Source of the DNA: Planctomycetota bacterium | Lineage (GTDB): Bacteria; Planctomycetota; SZUA-567; H5-PLA8 | Length of the DNA stretch: 64,000 nt | Assembly: GCA_045863855.1 (NCBI GenBank) | Contig: BTVV01000019.1 | Coordinates: forward strand, 11,325 to 75,324 | Direction: 5' to 3' | Notes under the pieces: generated by a model | What the model saw: the letters and a program-made list of their open reading frames with translations, nothing else | Told to the model about the DNA's origin: nothing | Database searches by the model: none | Position numbers and translations under genes: made by a program | Shown here: positions 1 through 9,884 of the stretch, one piece after another | Numbering within the stretch: position 1 is the first letter of the stretch | How the letters are laid out: each line of letters starts with the position of its first letter

Positions 1-585
1 TGGCTGGCGGCGAGCGAACGGAGCGCGGCGCTGCATCTCGCCGCCGCGGCGGCGTTGGGCGAATGCGCGCTGTGGGCGCTGCTGTTTTTCACTTCGATGC
101 GCGTACCCGCTCGAAGCGGACGGCCCGCGGCCGGACAACCGTTTCCGCCGCTGGCGGTGCTTTCGGAGCACGGCGAGACGCTGCATACCGAAGCGTGGCG
201 CGGGCGCGGGCCGCTGCTGCTCGTCTTTTTCCGCGGCTTCTGGTGACCGTCGTGCGTTTTGGAGCTCCGAGGTCTCGGAGCCGTCGCGCAGGAACTGGAA
301 CGCCAGAGCGGACAACTCTGGTCGATCGCGTTGCACACGCCGGACGAGTTACGCGCGGGGCGCGCTTCGTATCCGGAGATTCCCGGCGTGCTCGGGACCG
401 TGGAAGACGTAAAGGCGCTCGAAGCGCTTCACCTGCTGCATCGTTCGGCCTTCAAGACGATGGCCGATGCGTCGAACATTCTGATCGATCACGACGGCAT
501 CGTGCGTTGGACGTACTACAGCGCGCGGAATACGGACCGCGCGACGCCGGAGGAGGTTCTCAGGGCCGTACGCGGTAAATCCTAA
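1..585 (+). CDS. AhpC/TSA (peroxiredoxin-like) redoxin, probable selenoprotein with UxxC motif; 5' end lies outside the window
   Basis: Frame 1 is open from base 1. ORFs 55-246 and 259-585 share the frame and are separated by one TGA (244-246), giving LLLVFFRGFW-U-PSCVLEL. C-terminal ASNILIDHDGIVRWTY is typical of redoxins. Hydrophobic N-terminal segment. Confidence 0.85.
247..292 (+). promoter_or_regulatory. Bacterial SECIS-like hairpin
   Basis: Perfect 7-bp stem GCTCCGA (264-270)/TCGGAGC (275-281) with GGTC loop starting 24 nt after the UGA. The apical AGGUCU matches my recollection of the E. coli fdhF SECIS loop. Confidence 0.75.
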
Positions 586-604
586 GCCAATCCGTAGCGC
601 ATCC

Positions 605-2257
605 TTATTTAGCTTGAATCAGGGCGATGATTTCCTCGCGGGCGCGGTCCCAGGCGTCTTCTTCGTAGCTCCACATGGGCTTCTTGGGATCGTAGGCTTC
701 GGGCGCCCAGGTTCGGCGGCCCATGGCGGTATACACTTTATCGACTATCGCCTGCACCTTGGCGCGGCCAGCCTTGGCTTCGGCGAGCTTGAGCAGCTCC
801 CATTCCTCTAGCCCTTCGCGGAGGAGCTTCAAGCGCCGGGAGACGACGGGCATTTTAAGATCCTTTAGCGCGGCAAATGCGGGGGCACCCGGCATGCTGA
901 GGTCGCCGGGATAAATCAACTGCCCGTCGCCAGGTGGAAACTTGGGGTGCGATTTCCATCCGTTTACGTACATCAAATCCCAATAGAGGTGCCCATATGC
1001 TTTCTCGTACCACCACGCCCAACCCATGACTCGGGGCTCCCAGGCCGTCTTGACGGTCTGGATGTCGAAGGTGAAGTAGGGCCAGCCCTGCGCGTTGCTG
1101 ACGTAGAACCAGAGTTCCTTGCCCTCGGGGCGAGCGCGGTCCCATTCTTCTCGTCCGCGGGGAAGCTTATTCTGCGCGTACCAGGGGCCGTACACTTTCA
1201 GCGCTCGGGAATAGTGCGTAAGCACTTCCTCCAGCACGGATCCGTCGCGGTTGAGGGTGCAGAGAAGCTTTCCTTTCCATTCGGGAACTTCGCGCAAAAC
1301 AATCTTCGCCGTCTCCAGGGCGCCCTGTATGGCGCTCTCGTCGGGCTCGTCTTTCAGGTAGACGAAGCTTTTTTCAAAGAGATTTTTCTCCTTCAAATGA
1401 GCGGCGATGCGCTTGAGCTGATCGGCCAATTCCTTTTCCCGTTCGGGCGTGGGCTTCACGGCGTCGGGAATGTAGACGCTCACCCACCCTTTCCCATCCG
1501 GGTTGAAGCGGTCGAGAAACTCGAGTCCGAAATCGGCTCGTCCGGCCAGCGCCAGGTAGTGGTACGACGTCGCCTGGATGCGGTGGCGCTGCATTTCGCG
1601 CGCATAGGCATCGATGTTCGCTTTGACGTGCGGATGCGCGCGCAAATTGTAGAGCGAAGGAATGGTGGAATCGACCGGGATCGCGGCATCGAGCACGGTG
1701 AGGGCGATGGGGACGGCGACGAGGGTCTTGTCTCCTTCGCGCAATTCGACGCGCCCTGAATAGGCGCCGGGCTTCGTATTGGCCGGAATGTACATATCGA
1801 GCCAGAAGGCGATGGTCTTCTGCGGTTCCGGGCGAACGGCGTTGGCCACGTTCGTCCCGTCCGCGAGTTTCAGGGGAATCAACGCGTCGGGAAAGGCGCC
1901 GAGCTTCCGGACACGATTCGGATCCTTCGCTTCGTCCACCTGCGTTCCGTGATCCACCACGATTTCGGCGGCCCGGTATAACGTCAGGTGCTGCTTCGCC
2001 AGTTCAGTTCCGTCCGGCCCTTTTAGCGCGGTCCATTCGATGCTTACATCGGCTCCGGGGACGGCGCCGACCCTCAACGCGAGCTGCGCGGTGACGAACT
2101 CGCCGCGCACGCCGCTTCGAATAATGCGCTCTTCGGAGCCCTTGACGCGTTCGGGGAGGATCATCTCGCCCGAGGATTCGGGCCAGAAGGAAACTTCCGC
2201 GCGCACCGAAAGCGCGGCCAAGGCGGCTACGAGGGCCGCCAGCAGGAACCTGGTCAT
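605..2257 (-). CDS. Secreted DUF4091-domain glycoside hydrolase (GH123-like)
   Basis: Signal peptide MTRFLLAALVAALAALSVRA after a GGAGA RBS; DEP motif; C-terminal GDGQLIYPG...PVVSRRLKLLREGLEEWELL typical of DUF4091. Confidence 0.75.
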   Translation of the reverse strand: MTRFLLAALVAALAALSVRAEVSFWPESSGEMILPERVKGSEERIIRSGVRGEFVTAQLALRVGAVPGADVSIEWTALKGPDGTELAKQHLTLYRAAEIVVDHGTQVDEAKDPNRVRKLGAFPDALIPLKLADGTNVANAVRPEPQKTIAFWLDMYIPANTKPGAYSGRVELREGDKTLVAVPIALTVLDAAIPVDSTIPSLYNLRAHPHVKANIDAYAREMQRHRIQATSYHYLALAGRADFGLEFLDRFNPDGKGWVSVYIPDAVKPTPEREKELADQLKRIAAHLKEKNLFEKSFVYLKDEPDESAIQGALETAKIVLREVPEWKGKLLCTLNRDGSVLEEVLTHYSRALKVYGPWYAQNKLPRGREEWDRARPEGKELWFYVSNAQGWPYFTFDIQTVKTAWEPRVMGWAWWYEKAYGHLYWDLMYVNGWKSHPKFPPGDGQLIYPGDLSMPGAPAFAALKDLKMPVVSRRLKLLREGLEEWELLKLAEAKAGRAKVQAIVDKVYTAMGRRTWAPEAYDPKKPMWSYEEDAWDRAREEIIALIQAK

Positions 2258-2279
2258 CGCGTATCTCCGTTGGGGCGCT

Positions 2280-3266
2280 TTACCACTGCCCGTGCAGCGC
2301 GGCTTTGTATTCGTCGCGAATCTTTTCGATCGCGGCAACGACGTCGGGGGTCAGGACGAGATCGGCGGCGGCCAGGTTATCCGCGAGCTGCGCGGCGTTG
2401 CTCACACCAAGAATCGCGGCGTTCACCGCGGGCCGCTGGATGACCCACGCGAGCGCAAGCCGGCCGAGGGGAATTTCCACTCGTTTGGAAAGTTCGGCGA
2501 GCTTCTCGACGGCCGCGACGCGTTCGGGCTTGAGGAGGCGGTCTTTCCAGCTCGGATGATCCTTCACATGAACGTCGAGCCGACTTCCGGCCGGGATGCC
2601 GTTGGCGTACTTTCCGGTCAGCATGCCGCCGCAGAGGGGGCTGTAGACGACAAGCCCATAGCCGAATTCCTGGCCCAGCGAGGCGAGCCCCACGTACTTG
2701 CCGTGATCTTCAACGAGCCCCGGCTGGAGCATGCTGTATTCGGGCTGGTGCGAGACGGGGTATTCGACCTTCAGCTCGTCGCAAGCTTTGAGCATTTTCA
2801 GGGTAAAAGTGGAGTTAAAATTCGAGAGCCCCCAGTACAGAATTTTGCCCTGCTTGAGCAGGCGGTCGATGGTGGCGGCGATCTCTTCCAACGGCGTGAC
2901 GCCGTCGTAGCCGTGGAGCTGGTACAGGTCGATGAACTCCACGCCCAAGCGCTTCAGGCTGGCGTCGCACGCATGCACCATATGCTTGCGGCTCAGTCCG
3001 CGGCGATTGGGACCTTGCGCGCCGTAGCCCCAGCGGCATTTCGTCGCGAGAACCACCTCGTCGCGGGGCAGTTCGCGCAGACGCTTGCCGAGCAGCGATT
3101 CGACTTCGCCCTTTTCGCCGTAGGAGTCGGCGGTGTCTATGAAGTTGATCCCCGCATCGAAGGCTTGCCGAAGCAAAGTTGCGTCCGCGACCTTGTGTTC
3201 GAGCATGGTTCCGTATGCGAATGCGGAAACTTGCATGCCACTGCGGCCCAATTTCCGGAATTGCAT
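2280..3266 (-). CDS. Aldo/keto reductase
   Basis: RKLGRSGMQVS, GINFIDTADSYG, ATKC, SLKRLGVEFIDLYQLH, WGLSN, YSPLCGGMLTGKY. Confidence 0.93.
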   Translation of the reverse strand: MQFRKLGRSGMQVSAFAYGTMLEHKVADATLLRQAFDAGINFIDTADSYGEKGEVESLLGKRLRELPRDEVVLATKCRWGYGAQGPNRRGLSRKHMVHACDASLKRLGVEFIDLYQLHGYDGVTPLEEIAATIDRLLKQGKILYWGLSNFNSTFTLKMLKACDELKVEYPVSHQPEYSMLQPGLVEDHGKYVGLASLGQEFGYGLVVYSPLCGGMLTGKYANGIPAGSRLDVHVKDHPSWKDRLLKPERVAAVEKLAELSKRVEIPLGRLALAWVIQRPAVNAAILGVSNAAQLADNLAAADLVLTPDVVAAIEKIRDEYKAALHGQW

Positions 3267-3337
3267 GGTTCACACCCTTTCGTGCTCGCGCGCGTTCTCT
3301 TGGCCGTGCGTCGTTCGCAGGGCCTCCCCTGCTCCCT

Positions 3338-4030
3338 TCAGGTCAACTTCAACAGCGCGCCGGCCAGTACGCTCGGCGCGGTAATCATCGGGTCATGCCC
3401 GGCCGTAAGTTCAAGGCGTTCAAAATTCAGCGGCGCTTCTTCCACCTTTTCTTGGGGCCAACGGCACTGAATGAACGTGCGGCCCATGGCGCCGTCGCTC
3501 CAGTTTGCATCCAACCGCGCGGGCTCCAGAAAGCTGCGCAGCGGATGCGGCGTCAATCGCGCGCGGAGCCAAGCACGGTCGCCGGCGTCCTCAACGCCGA
3601 AGAGATCGTTATCGGGCGGCGGGACCAGCCAGTCGCACCCACCGCGCTTGGCCCTGTCCCGCGAGCGCGCCACGAAATCCGGACCCTTCTGGTCGGCCAA
3701 CGAGCGGCCATCTTCGGCGACGAATCCGTCCAGGATCACCACGCGGGCCATCCGTTGGGGCGCGCGCGAGGCGGCGGCGCATGCGACGATGCCCGCGTAA
3801 CTATGCCCCACCAGCACGACCTCGCGAAGGTCCTCCCATTCGAGCAGCCCCAGCACGTCGCGGACATGCGTCTCCAAGCCCACCTCCGGCGCGGCCAGAT
3901 GGGAGCGTTCGCCCAACCCGGTCAGCGTGAAGCCGTAAGCCGCATGCCCGGCCGCGCGCAAAAGCGGGATGAGTCTCTGCCAGCACCAGCCGCCGTGCCA
4001 CGCGCCGGGTACAAGCACGAATGCGGCCAC
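3338..4030 (-). CDS. Alpha/beta hydrolase (esterase)
   Basis: FVLVPGAWHGGWCW, nucleophile elbow GHSYAG, C-terminal GHDPM; GTG start at 4030. Confidence 0.9.
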   Translation of the reverse strand: MAAFVLVPGAWHGGWCWQRLIPLLRAAGHAAYGFTLTGLGERSHLAAPEVGLETHVRDVLGLLEWEDLREVVLVGHSYAGIVACAAASRAPQRMARVVILDGFVAEDGRSLADQKGPDFVARSRDRAKRGGCDWLVPPPDNDLFGVEDAGDRAWLRARLTPHPLRSFLEPARLDANWSDGAMGRTFIQCRWPQEKVEEAPLNFERLELTAGHDPMITAPSVLAGALLKLT

Positions 4031-4059
4031 GCGATTCCCGCCTTCCCGCGCGATGCGCG

Positions 4060-5646
4060 CTACTTCAGGACCTCGGGCTTTCCACCGGGTACGAGCGTGT
4101 ACTTGCTTCCGGAAGCGACGCCCTTGCATTCGGTGCGCACGGGTTCTTTGCCGGGGAAGGTCACGCGCAGGTCGAAGGTCTCGAGCGTTCCGAGGCCGAC
4201 GTGCACGGCCTGCCCGTCGGGACGGGCCTTTTCCGACCAGATCGGTTTGGCGTTCGGCTGTTCCATTTCACCGGGTTTGAAGACTTCTACCAGCGCGCCT
4301 ACTGCGAACGGATTGGGCTTCGCCATGCGCGGGAAAATGCGCGTAAAGCGCCCGGGCTTCACCGCGGACGACAGGTAGATCTGAATCTGCTCCCCGCGGC
4401 CGCCGATGCAGACATCGAGCGTCCCGTTGTCGTCGATATCGCAGACGACCACCGGATTGGCATCCCAGCCCCCGGTGCTCAACACCTGTTCGAAGGTGCC
4501 GCCCACATTTTCATACACTTCTTCCACTCCATTCCGCGGATTGGAGACGACCAGATCCAGATCCCCGTCGTTGTCGAGATCGTTGGGCCATGCTCGGAGC
4601 ATGTAGGGTCCGGTTTTTTCGAGGAAGCTCTTGAGTTTACCGGCCTGAATGGCGAACTTTCCTTTTCCGTCGCCGAGGTAAAGACCGGCTTCCGTACCAA
4701 AGGCCACGATGACGTCCAAATGGCCGTCGCCCGTGAGGTCGCGGACCAGGATCGGAGTGCCGTTCTTCGGCAGGCCCAGTTCAGCGGTCCGATCGGCGAG
4801 GGCGCCGTCTTCGGCGGCAATGAGGTAGCGGCCCGCCGAGGTCGCGCCGTAGCCTCCGGAGAGAGCCACATAAGCATCGTCGCGACCGTCTCCGTTCAGA
4901 TCGCCTGGGATGCGCACGTCCCAGCCAAGGAAGCGGTTGTTTTTCTGCTGCTTGAGCGCCGCGAATTCCTCAAGCAAGGCCGCGGGAATGCGCTCTTCGG
5001 GAATGACTCGGATTTTCGGTTCCGATTTCGCCTGAAAACTCTTCACGGACGGATCGAAGTGGTAGTTCAACCTCGTTTCCCTGTGGTTGCCCCAGAGGTC
5101 CGGAATGCCGTCACCGTTCAGGTCGATCACTTCCGCGGCATGCGAGAGCGGATGAAAGCTGAAGGGCGCTTCGACAAACTTTTTACCTTCGAGATTGAAG
5201 AAGCTCTTGGCCTTGGCCTCGTCCGAAAATCCCGCCAAGTCCAGCCAGCCGTCGCCGTCGAAATCCCAAGCCCAAGGGCGGTCGTCGGCGCCGCTAAGCT
5301 TTGGGACGCCTAAATCCTTAATTACATCCACGAAGGTGAGCTTTCCCGACTCCTTCAGCATGTTCTTAAACAATCGGCCGCCCGGCTGGCCGTGGTGCGC
5401 GGCCACCAGATCGAGGTCGCCGTCGTTGTCGTAGTCGAACGCGGTGAGCCCCCACGGCCACCAACCGTGGCTGCCGAACTTGCCGCCCTGGCTTTCGAGT
5501 TCCTCGGCCTTCCACTTCTCCATGATGGCTTTGAGCCCGGTCTCTTCATCCTTGGCGGGCGTGAGGACGAGGTTCTCGGCGCGGCAAAACCCCGCGGCGA
5601 GCAAGACGGAGGCGAGGACGACAAGCCTTCGATCTCGAATGCGCAT
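4060..5646 (-). CDS. Secreted FG-GAP/VCBS-repeat protein with ASPIC/UnbV-like C-terminus (paralog 1)
   Basis: Signal peptide; repeated DxDxDGxLD motifs; C-terminal AVGA..VHVGLG..DLRVTFPG. Confidence 0.85.
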   Translation of the reverse strand: MRIRDRRLVVLASVLLAAGFCRAENLVLTPAKDEETGLKAIMEKWKAEELESQGGKFGSHGWWPWGLTAFDYDNDGDLDLVAAHHGQPGGRLFKNMLKESGKLTFVDVIKDLGVPKLSGADDRPWAWDFDGDGWLDLAGFSDEAKAKSFFNLEGKKFVEAPFSFHPLSHAAEVIDLNGDGIPDLWGNHRETRLNYHFDPSVKSFQAKSEPKIRVIPEERIPAALLEEFAALKQQKNNRFLGWDVRIPGDLNGDGRDDAYVALSGGYGATSAGRYLIAAEDGALADRTAELGLPKNGTPILVRDLTGDGHLDVIVAFGTEAGLYLGDGKGKFAIQAGKLKSFLEKTGPYMLRAWPNDLDNDGDLDLVVSNPRNGVEEVYENVGGTFEQVLSTGGWDANPVVVCDIDDNGTLDVCIGGRGEQIQIYLSSAVKPGRFTRIFPRMAKPNPFAVGALVEVFKPGEMEQPNAKPIWSEKARPDGQAVHVGLGTLETFDLRVTFPGKEPVRTECKGVASGSKYTLVPGGKPEVLK

Positions 5647-5667
5647 GATTTTCTCCTTAAAGACTGC

Positions 5668-7035
5668 CTACTTAACGATGGCCGAGAAACCCTTGACCGT
5701 CACGGCGCCGCGCCCGGCGACGCCTACACCAAAGCTTTCGGTGTCCCTGAATCCCGCGCCGGTACGATAGCGGAATGCGGAGAGGACCTTGCCTTGCAGG
5801 TCCAGCACGCGCCAGGTTTGAATATGCGAGCGCTGCGTGACCAGATTGAACCATTCGTCATTCCTGTACGCGGCGCGGAGTACATCGCCGGTATGGCTTG
5901 GACTGCCCTCCAGGACCGCGGCGACGCCTTCGCGCCAAGCCGGATCGAGGTAAGCGAATTCCGGCGCGCCCGTGCGGCGCAGGCCCAGCAGCGCGCGGCC
6001 TCCCGGCGCGGCCTTAGCCTGGAGCATGGCGAAGCTCGCTCGCTTGGCCGGAGGCATCCAGAGAAATGCGGGCGCGCCGTCCGTAGACTTGAGCACCAAG
6101 CCTTCGGAGCCGGACTCGAAGGTCAAGTTGGCGGTCTTTTCCCAGCCTTCGGCGGCTTTGGCATCGAGCGCGGGAAGCGGCTTGGCCATTTCTTCCTTGC
6201 TCTTGGCGGTCAAGGCTTCGGTTTCGCCCACGTCCCCGCCGTAATCCGGTCCGGTGGCCGGATCGAAGGAGACTTCTGCCTTGACCTCTTCGGGAGTAAG
6301 CGGCCGGAACTTGATGTTCCTGTATTCGTGGCTGGCGGTGTCGAAGACGCGCGCGCCGGAGAAGCCGAAGGCGATGCGCCCTTGGCGGAAATCGGCGCCC
6401 GCGGCGGCGCTCCAGTCGTCGAAGGCTTCGGTGGTCCAGCGTTCGGGCTCGGGCGTGCCGGCCTTCCAGACCTTGGCCTTGAGTTGCGGCCCGGCGCAGC
6501 GCACGCGGAGCGAGAGCCAACCTGGATGAATGTAACCCTTATACCGGCCGCGGCCGACGAAGACCGTCCGGTCGCCTTTGATGCGCTGGATCTGCAGCGG
6601 TGCGCTGTAGCCGTGCAAACCAATCGAATACCCTTCGCCCTTCTCGTTCAGGCGGAAGCCGACGAGCATGAACGGGCAGTCGGCGAAACCCTTGTCGGGC
6701 ATGACCCACTGAAAGTCCCAGCTCATCTCGAAGTCGCCGAGGTCGCGAGGCCAGTCCTTACGAGCCGCCCACACGGTGCCGATACCTTGGAGCGCTTCGA
6801 TCTTCTTGCCTTCGAAAAAGGGTTTGCCGAGATTCATTTTTCCGGCCAGTACGCCGTCGGAAAAGGTGAAATGCTTCTCGAGGGTGGGCGTATGTTCCTT
6901 GAGCAGCGACGCTTCCAGGCGGTCGGTATCGGTGGTGGGCACGAGTTCCCAACCTTCGGGTCCGTCGGCGGCGCCGAGCGAGGCAGCGAAACACCACGCG
7001 GCGCAAACAAAAGCGATTCGGAAACGGGCAGTCAC
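5668..7035 (-). CDS. Secreted hypothetical protein, probably lectin/beta-sandwich-like
   Basis: GTG start overlapping the upstream TGA (GTGA), GGAGGA RBS, signal peptide; LRVRCAGPQLKAKVW..PEPERW and GRIAFGFSG resemble ConA-like folds. Confidence 0.65.
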   Translation of the reverse strand: MTARFRIAFVCAAWCFAASLGAADGPEGWELVPTTDTDRLEASLLKEHTPTLEKHFTFSDGVLAGKMNLGKPFFEGKKIEALQGIGTVWAARKDWPRDLGDFEMSWDFQWVMPDKGFADCPFMLVGFRLNEKGEGYSIGLHGYSAPLQIQRIKGDRTVFVGRGRYKGYIHPGWLSLRVRCAGPQLKAKVWKAGTPEPERWTTEAFDDWSAAAGADFRQGRIAFGFSGARVFDTASHEYRNIKFRPLTPEEVKAEVSFDPATGPDYGGDVGETEALTAKSKEEMAKPLPALDAKAAEGWEKTANLTFESGSEGLVLKSTDGAPAFLWMPPAKRASFAMLQAKAAPGGRALLGLRRTGAPEFAYLDPAWREGVAAVLEGSPSHTGDVLRAAYRNDEWFNLVTQRSHIQTWRVLDLQGKVLSAFRYRTGAGFRDTESFGVGVAGRGAVTVKGFSAIVK

Positions 7036-8588
7036 TTGGAATCCTCCTGCAAGCCGGTGGGGGTAATGGTGGCACGGGAGCGTGCTTCGACGGCGGAGAG
7101 CGTCAGGATTTTGGGTTCCTTGCCGGGAAAGGTGACGCGCAGGTCGCACGCTTTCTCGGCGCCGAGCCCAATCGCGATCGCGATCCCGTTCGAGGGGGCC
7201 GCCACGCGCCGGATAGGACGAGCGCCGGGTTTGTTCAATTCGCCCGCTTTAAAGCACTCGAGTTTGGCGCCGACCGCAAACGGATTGGGTTTGTCCATGC
7301 GCAGGCAGACGTTCAAGCGCAGGCCCGGTGTGGTGGAACGATTGAGGAACACGGAGACCGTCTTACCGGGTCCGCCGACGCAGACATCCTCCGCGCCGTC
7401 GCCGTCGAGGTCGCAGACGACCACGGGATCGGCGTCCCACGCTCCGGTGCGGGCGACTTCGCGGAACGCGCCTTCGCCGGCATTGGCGTAGATCACCGCG
7501 GCCCCGCCGCGCGCGTTGGAGACCACGAAATCAGGGCGTCCGTCGGCATCGAAATCCGCCGGGTAGATTTTGTGCGGGTAGTTTCCGCGCGCCTTTAGGA
7601 ATTCGGTGAGCGGGCCGGGCTTCAGAACAAAGCGTCCGCCCTCGGCGCTCGCGTAGAGCCCCGCACCGATCGCAAAAATATCGTCGCGACCGTCGCCGTT
7701 CACGTCGGCGAGGTAAACGGGCGTGGCGTCGAGCGGCAGCCCAAGGGACTCGGTGGCGTCGGCATAGGTACCGTCGGCGGCGGCCAGCAGGTAGCGCCCG
7801 AAGGTCGCGCCGCCGTAGGCGGCGAAACCGTTGACCACCAGGTCCGGAAGCCCGTCGCCGTTCAAGTCGCCGTTATCGATAAGGAACGCTTTCAGGAAGC
7901 GGTTTTTAGCGTCCTTTTTCAGCTCGGAAATATACTCTTTGACCGTGGCCGGCAGCTTCTCGAAGCGCGCATCGGCCATGTCCTCGCGCTTGAACTTTCG
8001 CGTGGCCGGATCGTACAGGTGTTTGGAGCCCGACTTCGGCGAGGCCGCGTCGAGATATCCGTCGCCGTTCAGATCGCCGATCTGATTCACGCCTTCGAGC
8101 TGCCCGAAGGCGTAGCCCATCGCTTCGAACGACTTGCCGCTTTTGTTGAACCAGAGGGTATTGGGTTCCGCGCTGTTGTAGCCGAGGTCCAGGAACCCGT
8201 CGCCGTCGATGTCCCAAACGACCGGCCGAAACGTACCGCTCAAGGCTTCCGCGGGCAGCCCGAGTTCGGGGTTGGCGTTGACGAACGCGAGCTTACCCGT
8301 CTCTTTCTGCGTATTCTTAAGGATCATCGACCTCGGCGCGCCGTGGTGCTGCGCGACCAAATCCAGATCGCCATCGTTGTCGTAATCGAAGGCCTCCAGA
8401 CCCCATGGCCACCAGCCGTGGCTGCCAAACTTGCCACCCTGACGCTGAAGTTCGTCGGCATGCCATTTTTCGATGATCGCCTTGAGTCCGGTATCGGGTT
8501 CCGGCGCAGGCGCAAAGGCCACCGACTCGGCCTGCACCGAGCCTAAAAGCGCGGTGGCGAGCAGGATGGATAAGGCCAGTTTCGACAT
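7032..8588 (-). CDS. Secreted FG-GAP/VCBS-repeat protein (paralog 2)
   Basis: Signal peptide MSKLALSILLATALLGSVQA; same motifs as 4060-5646, including QGGKFGSHGWWPWGL and DLRVTFPGKEP. Confidence 0.85.
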   Translation of the reverse strand: MSKLALSILLATALLGSVQAESVAFAPAPEPDTGLKAIIEKWHADELQRQGGKFGSHGWWPWGLEAFDYDNDGDLDLVAQHHGAPRSMILKNTQKETGKLAFVNANPELGLPAEALSGTFRPVVWDIDGDGFLDLGYNSAEPNTLWFNKSGKSFEAMGYAFGQLEGVNQIGDLNGDGYLDAASPKSGSKHLYDPATRKFKREDMADARFEKLPATVKEYISELKKDAKNRFLKAFLIDNGDLNGDGLPDLVVNGFAAYGGATFGRYLLAAADGTYADATESLGLPLDATPVYLADVNGDGRDDIFAIGAGLYASAEGGRFVLKPGPLTEFLKARGNYPHKIYPADFDADGRPDFVVSNARGGAAVIYANAGEGAFREVARTGAWDADPVVVCDLDGDGAEDVCVGGPGKTVSVFLNRSTTPGLRLNVCLRMDKPNPFAVGAKLECFKAGELNKPGARPIRRVAAPSNGIAIAIGLGAEKACDLRVTFPGKEPKILTLSAVEARSRATITPTGLQEDSK

Positions 8589-8700
8589 AAGCAGCCCCTT
8601 CCCGATTAGATCGTAATGCTTTCGAGGCCAATCCTTTAGAGCTTCGATCAGGCTCAAGTATCGAGGCTCGTTGCCCTGTATCGGTTGTGGATTCCGATTG

Positions 8701-8716
8701 ACTAAACATCTTTAGT
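8701..8716. promoter_or_regulatory. Candidate LacI-family operator
   Basis: Inverted repeat ACTAAA-CATC-TTTAGT in the AT-rich gap between the divergent LacI gene and the secreted-protein operon. Confidence 0.45.
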
Positions 8717-8817
8717 TCATTAGTGTATACACCGGGATTTCAAAGAGTCTCTGAAAAAGGGGACGATTCCTAAGGCGGCAGGATTGCGCGAAACACGTGT
8801 GCATGGAACCGGGCGAA

Positions 8818-9882
8818 ATGGCGAAACGCACTGCTAAGCAGGAACGACCGCTACCTAAAGGATGCTCGCTGACGGCCGTGGCCAAACGTGCGGGCGTATC
8901 GATCACGACGGTCTCGTTCGTGCTGAACGGTAAATCGGCCTCGATCAAGATCGCCGAGGCGACACGGCGCAAGGTGATCGAGGTGGCTCGCGAATTGAAT
9001 TACCGTCCGCGCGTGCCGCGGCTGTACGACGCGCAGATCGCGCCGCTCTTCCGGCACATCGGGCTGGCGTTCGTGAACGCGCTGGGTCAGGAGGTCCACG
9101 AGTTTTTCGGTCCGGCGGTTTACGAGATCCTAAACCGCTCGGGCAAGGAAGGCGTGCTGATCCACAGTTGCGACGGTCTGGCGCCCGCAGCAGTGGCGGA
9201 GTATTGCGCGGGCCTGCGGGAGCGCGATTGCGACGGGCTGATTCTGTTCACGTTTTCGACGGAGCGCGAGGCTTGGGTGGACGACGTGCGCGCTTCGGGG
9301 ATGCCGTTCGTCTTTTTTAACCGCGATTTCGGGCCCGATATTCCGTGCGTGCTGATGGACCATGCGGGCGGCGCGGCGAGCCAGGCGGCTCTGCTGGCTC
9401 AATTCGGGCATCGCCGGATCGGGCTGTTCGAGACGGTGCTGCCGGGTCCGGCGTACGAGCGGCTGGACGGCGCGCGCGCAGGTCTGCGCAAAGCGGGCGT
9501 GTACGACGCGGCGCTGGAGTTTGCCGCGCCGTACGACCTGGATGCGGCGAGTAGCCAAGCTTGGGAATTCCTGAGCGCCCATCCCGAAGTGACCGCCGTA
9601 TTGGGCACCACGGATATCGTTTCGATGGGCGTCTTGCGCGCCGCCGCTCGATTGGGCCGGCGCGTACCCGCGGACTTGTCGGTGGCTTCGCTGGACGGGT
9701 ACGAGCCGGGGCGCTTCGCCGATCCTCCGCTGTGCTCGATCGAGTACCCGCGCGTACGGATGGGCCAGGAGGCACTGGAGTTGCTGCGCGAACGCGTCTT
9801 AAACGGCGCGGTATCGCCTGCCCGGCGGATCGTGAGCGGCGAGCGCTTGCCGGGGCGCAGCGTCGCGCCGCCGCGCAGGTAG
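8818..9882 (+). CDS. LacI family transcriptional regulator
   Basis: HTH SLTAVAKRAGVSITTVSFVLNG, hinge ELNYRP, RRVPADLSVASLDG; start could be 8803. Confidence 0.92.
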   Translation: MAKRTAKQERPLPKGCSLTAVAKRAGVSITTVSFVLNGKSASIKIAEATRRKVIEVARELNYRPRVPRLYDAQIAPLFRHIGLAFVNALGQEVHEFFGPAVYEILNRSGKEGVLIHSCDGLAPAAVAEYCAGLRERDCDGLILFTFSTEREAWVDDVRASGMPFVFFNRDFGPDIPCVLMDHAGGAASQAALLAQFGHRRIGLFETVLPGPAYERLDGARAGLRKAGVYDAALEFAAPYDLDAASSQAWEFLSAHPEVTAVLGTTDIVSMGVLRAAARLGRRVPADLSVASLDGYEPGRFADPPLCSIEYPRVRMGQEALELLRERVLNGAVSPARRIVSGERLPGRSVAPPRR

Positions 9883-9884
9883 TG

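Noticed and set aside
55..585. Two separate small ORFs or a nonsense pseudogene
   Set aside because: The TGA sits at the catalytic Cys position and is followed by a SECIS-like hairpin, so Sec read-through explains it better.
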